This document shows positions 51,769 through 64,000 of a stretch of 64,000 nucleotides of DNA, piece after piece. The DNA comes from Priapulus caudatus (taxonomy: Eukaryota). Location of the stretch: contig NW_014577089.1 of the NCBI RefSeq assembly GCF_000485595.1, forward strand, positions 739,283 to 803,282, written 5' to 3'. How positions within the stretch are numbered: position 1 is the stretch's first letter; each line of letters begins with the position of its first letter. A model generated the notes under the pieces. It did not search any database and was not told the origin of the DNA. It saw only the letters and a program-made list of their open reading frames with translations. The translations under genes and the position numbers were made by a program.

Positions 51769-52500
51769 ATATTAGTAATAATTTTATGCTCATCCAAAGA
51801 GCATATGTAATAAGGTAGGAAAACCATTATAATTTCACTTATTTGGATTTTGAATATTAAATGAAATGAACTGGCAGCGGTGTATCCGTCCGTACCTTGC
51901 ACTCGTCTCGTCATAGTACATGCATTGCAGCTGTCTCGCATGCTGTCCATGTTATCTCAAATGACACCAAATCAAGGTCATAGTTATAGACGTATATTAG
52001 TATTATTTGAACCATCATATTAGCAGGAAGACCATGAGTCCTTTTATCTAGCTAGACCCTTCGCTAATTATATTATTCAACTATTTTCAATAGGCCAAAC
52101 TAAAAGAGCGAAAAACAGTAGAATTTAAAATGCACAGTACAGTATTACGCATTTTTAGTTATATCCAACTTGCACATTTATGTGCAAACGCCAGTAATCT
52201 TCTATATATATATACTTGGTTTCTCAAGTACTCGGTAAAAAGCTCGTTTTCAAATACCGTATTTGTGCAAGAGCAGATCATATTATATAGGGCCTGTGAA
52301 AATAACTGGGGGCCATACTTGCTTATAGCTTCAGGATTATTACTATTTATTTACTTATTATAATATTTATTATTAGCTTCAGGAGCGAGTAATAAAACAT
52401 TTTTGTTTTCATTCACTCATGATAATATTATGTTGGGATCACTTGGGATTCCAATCGCAGTTAAAAATATATCCTTTTTATCAATACCGCTGTCGATTAC

Positions 52501-52680
52501 TATTACCTCCGCCCAACGGAGGTTATGTGATCGCTCTTGTGTGTTAGTGTGTTCGCGCGATCGATATTAGCGCGTGAGTTAGCAGCAGGCCAGTCAGTCA
52601 GCAGCAGCCAGCAGCTTGTAACACATACATGTTACATGCTGGCGGAGGTATGCACTCTCCGTGAGTGCCCTCTGTTTAGT
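52501..52680 (+). mobile_element. Short HINE just upstream of the aldolase gene
   Basis: tattacctccgcccaacggaggttatg...ggcggaggtat + hairpin gcactctccgtgagtgc. Confidence 0.7.
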
Positions 52681-52863
52681 TGGCAGTGTTTTCCTTCTGT
52701 GTTAGCTTATCATAAAATACATACTTTGGTCTATGAAAACCTGCCTGTCTCAGATAATACGGGTTCACTTCGGTCGGGTGATTGGTAGGTTAGTAAATAC
52801 GCATATGCTGCATATATTCTGGTGGGTGGTACAAGTACACAACTCCCTGTTAGGTCAGTCAAA

Positions 52864-53829
52864 ATGGCCGGTTTGATGCGTAGGGTCCTCCCGTTATCGC
52901 TACAGTTTGCAAAGGGTGTGTTTGTCAAGCGAACCCCGCGACTCCACCCTTCAGCTGCCCTCGGCTGCCGGGCTTACGCTTCCGCTTGGACAACCGCGCA
53001 ATGTGACGATCCGTCTAGGGCGAAGGAGTTAAACAGGTAATATCAATACAATGTTCACGGGTCGCATACCGGGTGCGCGTACATTTTACGCAGTTAGTTC
53101 GCCCGACGGCTGAAAACTGATTGCATATATACAGATACCAGGGACCCGTTGCCCATATCTCAGCATCAAGTGATTCAGATTAGGGTAGACCCGTCTCAGT
53201 CAAATACAGGTCGTTATGGATGTTGAACATCGCTAGATGGTTATTTTGGTTGGTGAAGGTTTTAGTCGGCATCATATTTCTCTCACGCTGTACCCGGTAT
53301 GTGCGGCGCTTACACGAAGAGCGAGTCTCGTGCCGTTGCAAACGATTTCGCTTCCCTTTATTTCATAAAGTTCACAATCCCCTCTACGGCACAAATTCTT
53401 CCAAAATAACTTTCCCAATTTTGTATTCTCATGTTATGTACATTATATCAGGGGTGGATAAAAGAGATCCCTATTAGATCTCCTAACTTGTCATAATGTC
53501 ATTATTAGCACCTGATTATATGTAGGCAAGCACGCGTGGATCTGGCAGCCGTCTACCGCATCCTTGACGATCTGCAGTTCGGGGAGGGTGTTTGTAATCA
53601 CATCACTCTCATGGCTCCGGCCCAGTCCGGCCACGGAAATGTGATGCTCCTTATCCCATATGGCTTGCACTGGAGCGAGGTTCGTTCTTGTCGTATACAG
53701 CGTATTGTCTTTGATATTTAAACGATTGCCACATAAACAGTATGTAAAATCAGGACGTGAGACATCTTGTGTTCTCTTGATAAAATCCGATTATCATCAA
53801 AAAGCTTTGCAAGCAGGTTAGTATTGTAA

Positions 53830-53866
<37 letters not shown>

Positions 53867-55199
53867 TATGGGTGTTGTGTATGTGCGCGTGCGTGCCAGT
53901 GCTCCGTGGCGTTGTGTGTTGCGTGCGTGCGTGTGTTCGCGCGCGTGTGTGTATCACGAAATTCCAGCTGCACAATATCATTTTATGTGTTTAAAAAGGT
54001 TACGGCATCGAGCCTCGTTGGACTAGATGACAAGCTGCAAGTTGTGGAAGGAGATGGAATGGCTGAAACAACCGCTGCATGTATTCACACAGAGTTACAT
54101 CGCGCACGCCCTGATGCGTCTTGCGTGCTCCATGTACACCCACCCTACTCGACCGCGATAGGTTAGCGTGATGAGAATATACACTCACACGTATATATTC
54201 TTTTAATTATCTGGCTTTCATGCGTTTCTAGTCGTCAGTGTTTATATTGCTATCAAATGTTGATCTGTCACTTGTAGAGGCAGTATAGCGGCTGCGCGGT
54301 CAGGTGCAGAGGTAGAATGTGGGAGGGAATCATGTCGTTGTTGAATGAAAGAATATGGTTGGGGAGACATGATGTGAAAGCGACATCGATATTCAAGAGA
54401 TGAAGAGGGTAGATTGTAATTTTTCCCTATGAAACGAATTATAAATGATAATCGAGAGGATACGCGAACGCCGTGTGGCCGCACATGCTTGCTATAATCT
54501 TAGAAAATCCCGATGTTCCCGCAGGATTACTAAAGGATTGCGGGCTGCTGATGGTACATCAGAATTCTGCCCGCTTCTTTAAGAACGTAGCCTACGATCG
54601 GAGCTACAGCGGTCTCGCTGATGTAAGCGAGGAGGGCAGGCGGTTAGGCGAGGTGATAGGGGACAAGGAGATCTTGGTGATGTGTAACCATGGAGTCGTC
54701 GCCGCTATGCCAAACACCGCGCAGGCGTTCGATCACGTTTACTATTTCGAACGCGCCAGCATGTTTCAGGTATTTGCAGGTTTGGATAATGACGGGTAGA
54801 TATGGAAAGCTGTGTGCAACGCGGTAATGCACAGGTTAACCTTTCTGATGGCAAATAAAATAAATGTTGAATGATAAACTGATGAATGTAGACGGTCAAA
54901 AGTATGTAGCCGATATGATGAATTTATTATCATCATAAATTAATGCCCGCTATACGGTTATGTTATGAGAAGTTAATTTCTTCAATGTAATGCCTGAGTG
55001 GCGTAAAATACCACTTTTCACGTTTATTAAATTACAGGTGTTGGCAATGTCGTGCAACAGTGAGTTGGATTTGATTCCGAAGCCCATTCTTGAGTTGACC
55101 TGGAATCAATCGCGAAAGAATTTGGATTTTTTCGCCAAATGCCACTTCGACGCAATGAAGAGAGCTTTGCTGAGGAGGTGCCCTGACTTTGCCGACTAA
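52864..55199 (+). CDS. Class II aldolase/adducin-head family metalloenzyme (bacterial stand-alone type), 5 exons, 298 aa, with a predicted mitochondrial transit peptide
   Basis: Exons 52864-53036, 53526-53679, 53999-54161, 54525-54769, 55038-55199, all GT-AG and in phase (897 nt). Motifs ARVDLAAVYR, EGVCNHIT, PYGLHWSEVTASSL, IHTELHRARPDASCVLHVHPPY (HxH), NHGVV, YYFERA; Arg-rich, acid-free N-terminal ~45 aa. Confidence 0.9.
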
Positions 55200-55765
55200 T
55201 CTAGCTTCCGATTTATGTTGCGTGCGTCGATCCCCTCATCGCGAGTGTAGTAAAAATGCAAAACGTTTTCACTAGCGAGACAAGTACTCACAGTTGTTGT
55301 TGCACTCACACTTCGCGCGAGCTGTGTGCGCTGTTCGCAGCATAAACGTGCTATAGCTGGCGCAGGTACTCTGCAGATCAGCTGGTGTACTGATACTCTC
55401 GTATTGATAACTAACAAGACGGTATCGTTGTCTGTTATTTACTCGTCTTGGCACCTGTTCGTTTTGCGGATGTACAAGACAGCCAACGTGAGAACCAGCA
55501 TGTGTGGTTAAATATCGAGCGCGTGTAATCTGCAATGGAGGCAGTCGTTTATCTGATATGCGGGCGCATGCCCCTATTTCGATTAGCATGTTGTCACGGG
55601 CACATTTTTTATCATTCTAGTCGACAGCTTCCGAAGCCGATGAATTCCGCTCATAAGTAGAACCACGGTAAGGTTCGTTGGCGGTTATAACGGTGCGTGT
55701 GGTACGAGTGCATATATATATGCACGTACGAGTACATTCCCATATCCCATGTACCTGTGAGTGTG

Positions 55766-56007
55766 GTTCAAGGGGTCGTTGTATCGTTGTCGTCGTATCA
55801 GGTACTACAGATATGTACCCGAGGTACATGTATGTATACACAAAGTGTTCCAGACTTGTACTACAGAAGTGTACCCTAACCCTAACGCTAACCCTAACCC
55901 TAACCCTAAACATACCTCATATAAAAAATATAAACATAATACTAAACAACCTAAAACTGCCTCGGGTACATATCTGTAGTACCTGATACGACAACGACCC
56001 CATCTGC
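55766..56007. mobile_element. GGGTC-terminus MITE with (CCCTAA)5-like tract, 9-bp TSD
   Basis: gtgagtgtg|gttcaaggggtcgttg...caacgaccccatctgc|gtgagtgtg. Confidence 0.88.
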
Positions 56008-56229
56008 GTGAGTGTGTGGAGTAACTATTATAATCGCAAACCCCACTTCCCGCTCACCTTTTATTTTACCACGCAACCGACGTGCGAGACTTTTTTTTAA
56101 CGGCTTATCGAAGAGATTGTTAGTAATTCTGCAAAGTTTTAGAAAACTCGGTGTTAGTCAAAAAGATGTGTTAGCCTACATCTCCGCAGCGCACGGGTAG
56201 ACACATGACGTAGTGATATATGAGCGCTA

Positions 56230-56410
56230 CCACGGCACTTGGAGCGTTTCAATAAAATATGATGCTAAATAACTACGAAATCTATTTACTACCAACGTCT
56301 TAATGTTTCTCTACTCTCTTTCGCCTATTATTGCCAACAATTTCCTGTAAATGCCGTGCAAATTCTCCTCTGCAACACACATGTACACCGCGCGCACGCT
56401 GCCGCACACT
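56230..56410 (+). mobile_element. Diverged single arm of the 143-1143 foldback family
   Basis: ccacggcacttggagcgtttcaataaaa...gtcttaatgtttctctactc...tctgcaacacacatgtacaccgc aligns to 143-305. Confidence 0.7.
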
Positions 56411-56994
56411 GACACATACAGGAGAGTCTCTAACGCAATATACGTTGATAATGTAAATGTACGCGATTTTACCAGTTTGGTTTGACGGAATCTGACATTT
56501 ACCAAAACATACGTACCAAATTAACCACTACTCATTGTTAATTATAAAATACCCTACAAAAATATCGCAGACTAAATGATGCGGTGGTCGGAATAATCAG
56601 CACGTGACGGTCGGTCCATCATTTCACCAGGGTCTCAATTGTCTGATATGGTGTCAGTCCGTGTGACATATAAGTGGTCTCAGTGATGCACTACTTCTTA
56701 TCTGCATATGTCTGCCCTTTGTATCGATTGCTATTTACATAACCTGTCGAGACGCTGATTCTTAAACAAACGTGTGTGCGTGCCCGCGCGTTACAGGTCT
56801 CATCTTTACATGTCCAACCTTCCTAGCATTGACGTCGCTTTGTCTTTACGCGCGTGCCGAGCTTCTGTAACTGTCATACCCTTCCCTGTTCCATTCAGGA
56901 CGTCCCTCCTCGTTTCATCTTCCACGACAGCCATTGAGACGCCCTCGGATCTCATCCCAAGGTCCATTACTCCCCGAGACATGTACTCCGAATA

Positions 56995-57120
56995 GCCTGA
57001 TTGGCCACGCACTTATCTCAGGTACGATTAACTTACCTGGGCTGCGCGCGCACGTTTCGCAACGTTAAACTTGCCTACCTGTATCGTACTTTCGACCAAT
57101 GGCGAGGGCAGGTACGCGTA
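56995..57120 (+). promoter_or_regulatory. Candidate ESRP proximal promoter: two CCAAT boxes and four CAGGTA motifs
   Basis: attgg ~57000, ccaat 57096; CAGGTA/TACCTG at 57019, 57034, 57076, 57109; CpG-rich; ~170-280 bp upstream of the ATG. Confidence 0.45.
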
Positions 57121-57282
57121 ATGCACTGTACCTCTCTGTGCCCCTATGCTAGACGTTTTAATGACAACAGCGTGCGATCACTGGCACACAAACTAGTTAC
57201 ACAGTCACTGTTGGTGGAAGTTGTGTGTGGGTGTCTTGTATTCTCGTCTTGGTGAATAGGAAACTGAGATTTTGGTAGCATT

Positions 57283-57967
57283 ATGGCAGCGGCGGCGTAC
57301 CTGGTGGTCTTTTACTGTGCAACTTCGGGACAAAACGACGAAAATCTTGGAGCCGACGAAGAAGAGATCGTTCTACTGGTGTGGTTAGTGATAGACATAG
57401 CTAACAACAAGGTAAGTCGATCGACGTTCGAATAAAAAGATGACACTGTTGGTTTGATCTTCTCGTCGGGGTAGGGGGTTCTTGATAACGCTGTACGTAC
57501 ATGTCTGTTCCAGCGAAGTAGAGAGCGCAAACATATATAGGCTGTGCATGCCACGAGCAGGTGTGTACTCACATACATGCATGTCACCTTCAATAGGTGC
57601 TTTCCGGATATCTGTTCTCAACAGGTGCGAGTGAATTCTGAGAGTCGTTCTGCTATTACGTTATATCACTGCTTCGCACCCGACGGGTTAATTAGCCAAA
57701 GGTTGACAATGGGTGGAGGTGGATTTGTTTTGTAATTATTCGGGAAGCAGAATATCTAATATAATTTTGGCAGTGTCACCTTCAGGACTGTGGCTGCATG
57801 TTATGAGCCATAGTTATTTTCATTAAAATCATTGTTCATTAAAATTGCTCCATTCGTTCCTACTAGAAAAACGTATCCGATCTGCCATATCTCCCCAGCG
57901 AATTCACCGCACCCTACTACACACACACACACACACCCCACACACACACATCACATATATATATATA

Positions 57968-58026
<59 letters not shown>

Positions 58027-58912
58027 CGCGCGCGTGCGTGCGGGCTTGTGCGTGCGTGTGTGTATATATATATATAATATTTCTAGCCGATCTTCGAGCA
58101 ATTTATCGATGATCGATTTATATGTAAACGAAATGCACGGCTATAAATATAATCACACCTGTACGGCGCACCTCACTGCATAGCGGTTGTGAGAAAGTGG
58201 GCGGACTTGTTCGAGCGCCGTGCATCACTGCCCCACACCCTCATCGGCTTTATGTTGAACCCTTATGTCTGCGTCTGGAAATGACCTGCCTGAACGACTT
58301 GTGCGTCGGAAATCGAATGGCAAAAGTTGATCTAGTTTTCTCCGAGAATCTGGACGCCAAGCGGGAAAATCGAGGGCGACCCCTCCTCGTCGTCCTTTAA
58401 AAGCAGTGTCAGTGGACGGCACAAAGGTGCTGAAAAGGGAAAGCCCGTTTCGCTCGGGTATTTGTGTTTAAATACACTGGGTTTACTGTACCGTGCAAAT
58501 TGTAGGTCTACAGCACAGCGCACAGGCATGGGTGCACGCGCATTCGCAGGGACGCGGCAAACCGCCAATTGCACCAGACCGCATATACCTACCTATACAC
58601 GCATACATATCCCCCTATAGCAAAACTGAGAATCGAAATGTGATCGTAATTTCGATTCAGTAAGATAATACATTAATAACGATACATTCAAATTTAGTAA
58701 GTTAAGTTTAGTAATTAAATTATTAGTAATGAAATATACAAATTTACTCGGCAACTGTACACTGCCGTTTACGTGTCGAAAAATAGTTGCTCGAGGATTT
58801 AAAAGATAATTAGCGTGCGCGTTTTCTCCTTTGTCATAGCATTTAACATAATATATATATTAGGCACAATTTCCATCGTAATAATGATTGAGCAACCCGT
58901 ACAAATCGTACA

Positions 58913-58982
<70 letters not shown>

Positions 58983-59768
58983 GAAGGGGATTCCAGCATG
59001 GTGTGAAAACATGAAAGCGAGATAGTCTGTCTACTTCCTGCGCGGAGAATCTCCTACCACCATCGCAGACCGCATCCGCCCCGATCACGGCATGCACAAT
59101 ACATCGCGTCATACAAACTCTCAAATGGCGTGGCATTGTGTCGCGAAAGTGCCGTCTCGTGGTGCCAGCATATTGCTGGTGTCGCAGCGCTACCGTGTCC
59201 ACGATGACTCACGCTCGTCTCCATATATATATATTATATACATGTATGTAGTAAATACACAGTGTTGCTTGACTGATGGAGCCCTACGATGCAGGCGCGG
59301 TGGACAAATTACCTGCATACACTCTTTATAATTATCGCTGGCGAACTGCGCAGACGGATGTTGCCACCGAGTGCTGTCAACCTGTAGCGTTTATTTACGG
59401 CGATCGCCCTGGGTGTTATATGCATTTATTTGCGCCCTCGTGTTTCCCTAACCTGTTTCGAGCAACTGCTGTCACCTGTTGCTTCGCGCGAGCTTACAAC
59501 GAGGCTCTATAGTCCGACTGCTCCTCGCCATTAGACATGGGCTGTTGCAGCGCAGCGTGGTGAAAGCGTATATATAAAACTTCGTTTTAGATGAAGCATA
59601 AAGCGAGGCGGTTTTATTTTAGATCGCCCGGAGCCTGTCCGTTTGTTGACGGCGTTTATGCTTTAGACAATGCCGCCCTACTCGGCTCCCGACAACTCAC
59701 GCGTTGCTGTGTGTCGCATGACTATAGCGCTTGTACGCACAGGCGGAACACGCTCTCAGAAGGAAACG

Positions 59769-59814
<46 letters not shown>

Positions 59815-62800
59815 TGTATAGTTGCGTCTCATTATAGCTTATTACATATGCGACACGGCGTCAGCTTTGTCTGTTCGTTCCAACCCGCCTACATAAACGC
59901 GTACTACAGCTTGTAACGCGACGCGCATTCGTCATCAAGGCGACAGCTTGTAGCATCGCAATGCTCGGGGCGTGACTAAGCATGTTGCATCAAACTTAAG
60001 TTTTACTCCTCGCATCCTTGAGAACATTTTCTGAATTTCGTAAGTAGCTGAGCCGGAGCGTTATAGGCGATAATGACTTGCAAGCCGCCAGCGCAGCATA
60101 TGCCGCCGCGTTGCTCGCGCGAGCGTTCGTGAAACTGTAAACCAGTTTTATTTTTATAGAATCTTATAGAGTGAAAGAGTCCCGCCTTATTCATCCCACT
60201 TGTTTTTATGGTTTAATTGTTCTCCGCTGCGTGTCGTCGAGAAAAGAGCTCTAGAGGAGAGAAGAAAAGAGAGAGAGAAAATGCTCGTCTAATATATAAA
60301 TAAACGTCGGCTAGGAACATAAACGATAAAACATAAATCTCAAACGGCGACCCGTTACCCGTTCACTCTCGTCGCAGATCGTCATACTAATATATCTGTG
60401 TCACGTCATATCTTCGCACGCGAACAAATATCCGCCATGTGTTGTGTCTAGGCCATCTATCATCGAGTGTCCTTTCCTTGGACGGTCCGGACATGTCGGG
60501 TCGCGGTTCTCGTAGGCGTAGCACGTAACTGGAGTCATTGGATTATAACTGTTATAACCGTGAATATTTTTTTACGTCGAATGTTCGATTAGTAAACATT
60601 TATTTTCTTGCCTCGCAGGTGGTGGCAGTTCAGCATTCATACGTCAAACCACAGACTGCTGACATTAACGATGTAATTTTGACCGAGGACTGCAGACAAC
60701 AGACAGGCCTGCAAGAGAATGCTATAAAGAGCGCACAGCCTCTCGAACAAGTTCTAGAACAGGTAATTAGTGTCGGGTCGTCTACCCTTGTAGACGAGCT
60801 CGTCGCTGCATAACATGTTACTTACTACGCGGGTAGATCTAGCTGATCGGCTGCTATGTGGAATGTGGCATTATTGTGCTGCGCAGAGTAAGGGTTGCGG
60901 GAGCAGCCGATCGCAGCGTTCCTGTAGTCGTGTTCGCGAATCTTCAGCGTGCATATATAGCAGAACCTGTATCGTCGTGACTATGGCGCAGAGCTGAAGA
61001 GAGTACGAAGAAACGAGTCTGTTTTCGTTGTACGTAGGCTACTGTCCTTATCAACAGCCGTTATTTGAGTACACTTCCTCCACTATTCCAACATGATTGG
61101 TTTAGCACGACCATGATAATCGACTCATAATACGTATAGGATGTACTATACTATACGATGTTAAATAGGAGTTACGAGTTAAATCTACTAATAGGAAAAA
61201 CCCAAAAAGGTCTGTTTCATCTTATTTCGTGTCACCTGTCATATCGGCGTGTCATTAACACAGGCTTAAATCTTCAGTGCAGTACATAACAGACATAGTA
61301 TAGAATTAATACATAACAGAAATACACTGGCTCTTCGAGTAGTGAAGCAGATATCGATATGTGGGTCGTATGGGCGTGCATCCGGGTGACAAGATATTCT
61401 CTAGATTTATTCAAATTATTTTGATAATTATTCGGATTATACGTCACTATTCGACGGAGGATGACCCACTGTGTGATGTTATAGCTGTAGGAATAGTGAT
61501 ATGACTGAGCTGCAAAGTCGTACGGTGATTAGCAGCGACATGTTGCTTCTGACAGAACAGGTAGCGTATTTGCTAGGCGCATTCTCCAAAATGCCCGCCG
61601 GCGCTTGGTTCGCCATTTCCACAGTTTCGCATTCATTGTCGATCATGCGCTGAAGTTCTATTCTCACCAAGGTCTCAACAGTCACATCAACTGATTCATT
61701 TACAGTCGAATATTCTCTGGTTGATGCAACGCAGCTATCTCTACACCGCAGGAGCTTGTGCGGAAAAAATTCGTGCTCGTCATTATATTAAACAGATATA
61801 ATATAACACATATTGTTCAAATATTATTATTCGACCCATTTAATTTGCATTGCAAGTTACAGTCGATTGCTTGTGTGCATTTTAAATAAGGTATTTCGTT
61901 CAATTTATCTGGCCAATTATCGCACAGTCCGTGTAAAAAGTGCATCTTCTTGTATTTCGTTGTTGAGCCTTTCTTTTTTTCGCCTCATGCAGCACTGTTA
62001 ACGTTCACTTGTCAGTAAAAGGTTCCATTTATAAACCAATTAAATTACAAATTTGAACTGAAATTCAGAACTTAAGATGGAACTCTATATATTTCCACTG
62101 GCTACGAGTCATAGGTCCCTTAATTCTCATGTGTATATGCGCGCATACGATAATTAAAAGCCAGGTATTCTCAAGAAGTTGTATGCAGGACTTAGGCATA
62201 GCTAAGTAATATACACGATACGCAATAAATTTGGTTTATGCACGCGTCCTTTGAATGCGACGTAGTTTTTGAGACCACTAAATAAGTCTAGTGTTTAACA
62301 TATAGAATACCTTTCGCTTTGAAACGCACTTAGAGCGCACTATTGAGATATGAAGACGCCTGTGTGTTGCGCGCGCGTGTGGTTGTAGGTGTGCGTGCGT
62401 GTGTGCGTGTAGGTGTAGTCAATTTAGACTTGCCCTTGGGTTCAAATCACCCCTACCCCTAACGCGTGCGCACACACAAACGTCCATCTTTCATTTTCGA
62501 CTGCAGGTCGTACACTCCCTATCGGTAGCGTTGTCAAACCATGCAGTGTGCCGATTGATTAATGGAGACTGGCATGGGCAGATTTGTCTGCATAAAACGT
62601 CACGTATTAGCGGGAAATTAACTGTAAAGTTTTATTCCAGCCATGCATGGTTCTGCCTTAGGCGGTGTAAAAGAGCAATGCTATACGTAAATTTAAAATC
62701 CTTCGTTCTGTAAATAACGTAGAATCGAAATTAGTATAATCGTGCAACTATTTGATTGCTTTTTAGCAAGAAATAAACCTCATTTTGCTGAAATTCAATA

Positions 62801-63612
62801 GTGGTACACCTCGCGAATTCCGAACTTCCGGGAATGCTTTGTTGTGCGGCCACAATGCAAACATTAGAAGAAACATAACACTAAATAAACACACTTAGTC
62901 AAACCAATACAGGACTAGCCGTAATGCTATCGCTTGATAAATAACAGCCAGTATATGTAAAACTTTTTATACTGTTACTGCTGAACTTCATATCCTGTAC
63001 GTTCATTGCGATAATATAATGATGTACTCATAATATCAAGAGTATATAAATAATCCTTCTTTATATGCTCTTGATAATATTTCAATAGCAATGTCATGCC
63101 GAATATCGATATTAAAACTGTTATCATTTTTATGTTTTGAGCATAGTACATCAGTGTAGGGGGCCTACAAGGGGCGAGTGTTATACTGAAGTCAGTATTA
63201 ATATTTATACTCCAGCTTTTATATTTCAACTTATATGTAGTATTTTTCCCACATACATGCACAACATAACGCCTCACATAACACGCTACCATCAGCAAAT
63301 ATTACATTGGTCATGATTATACTGCTTCGCTGTACCAGCGGTGACCAGCACATGCACATTTATGATTTCTGTCGTGTTCTTAATTTTAGTTCGACCAGTT
63401 TGCCCGGACGAAGCTGCATGGAGATGCCGGCGGTTCGTTCCACTTCGTCACAGACGGTCAGCTGCATTTCAGGCAATGTCTGCATCCAGAGGCTGGCAAC
63501 AAGAATGTCGAACTCCCTCCCTATTTCTACAGCTTCTTCGACCTGAGAAAAGAATTTAAGAAATTCTACCACCAGGTGGAAGATGTCTCCTGCGTTAAGG
63601 ACATGTTAGATT
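57283..63612 (+). CDS. ESRP: Epithelial splicing regulatory protein (ESRP1/2, fusilli orthologue), first three coding exons; gene continues beyond the right edge
   Basis: Exons 57283-57411 ([43 protein letters not shown]), 60619-60762 ([11 protein letters not shown]...[11 protein letters not shown]...[10 protein letters not shown]), 63390-63612 (FDQF...[44 protein letters not shown]). These match the ESRP N-terminal DnaQ-like domain ([48 protein letters not shown]); splice phases are consistent. Confidence 0.92.
57918..58078. repeat. Compound (CA)n-(TA)n-(TG)n microsatellite in ESRP intron 1
   Basis: Directly visible; further (TA)n/(GA)n tracts at ~58913-58985, 59771-59811 and 63652-63676. 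Confidence 0.9.
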
Positions 63613-63622
63613 GTATCCTTTT
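63613..63622 (+). other. U12-type 5' splice site after ESRP exon 3
   Basis: |GTATCCTTTT immediately after ...VKDMLD plus 1 nt. Confidence 0.8.
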
Positions 63623-64000
63623 TGGGTGTGAGAAAGTGTATTATATAGATATGTATATATATATATATATATATATCTAAATCTAACATTATATCTGGAG
63701 TGTCATACTATCAACATATATCTAGATTATATACTGTACGTCTATATTATGACACTCCTGATTATATTGTATCATAGGCTTACATAAAATCGTTTTTCTG
63801 CAATTCCATTTGTGATTCTTAAATACATCATGGCATTTACTTGATACGCTTTATTTATGCGCGGACACGTATTCTGTAACATATACGTAACAAAATTACG
63901 TATCTGGGAACAAAATTACCTTCGATGTACGATAGTAGCCAAGGGGCGTTTGAAATCAATCGAAGTTGACATTAGATGGTTGAATCGAAGATTCCATCGC

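Noticed and set aside
52864..55199. Adducin orthologue or bacterial contamination
   Set aside because: It ends right after the aldolase domain with no adducin neck or tail; four spliceosomal introns and host-type repeats exclude contamination.
55873..55910. TTAGGG/CCCTAA tracts as telomere or chromosome-fusion scars (also 10645, 25735-25780)
   Set aside because: Only 2-6 units, each inside a MITE of one family.

Overview
Animal (invertebrate-like) genomic DNA, intron-rich and dense in transposon relics; the species cannot be determined from this window. Six spliced or single-exon genes were reconstructed by hand: the first coding exon of TMEM67/meckelin (-, gene continues off the left edge); a 1634-aa single-exon RBM12/RBM12B-like protein (+); VPS35 (-, 18 coding exons, one U12-type intron, and a cluster of indels that look like assembly errors); ORC6 (+, 7 exons, head-to-head with VPS35, ATGs 220 bp apart); a 5-exon bacterial-type class II aldolase with a mitochondrial-like leader (+); and the first three exons of ESRP/fusilli (+), largely missed by the ORF track and ending at a second U12 donor. 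The TMEM67/RBM12 and VPS35/ORC6 divergent pairs, with ESRP nearby, match gene neighbourhoods recalled from human 8q22.1 and 16q, suggesting an ancient linkage block. Non-coding DNA holds many foldback/MITE elements with 9-, 8-, 7- and 5/6-bp TSDs, Helentron-type HINEs, a solo LTR > hAT > SINE nest, a minisatellite seeded on a splice acceptor, and a probable decayed multi-Ig-domain gene. No CRISPR array, rRNA or tRNA gene was found. All homology calls are from recall of the families and have not been checked by database search.
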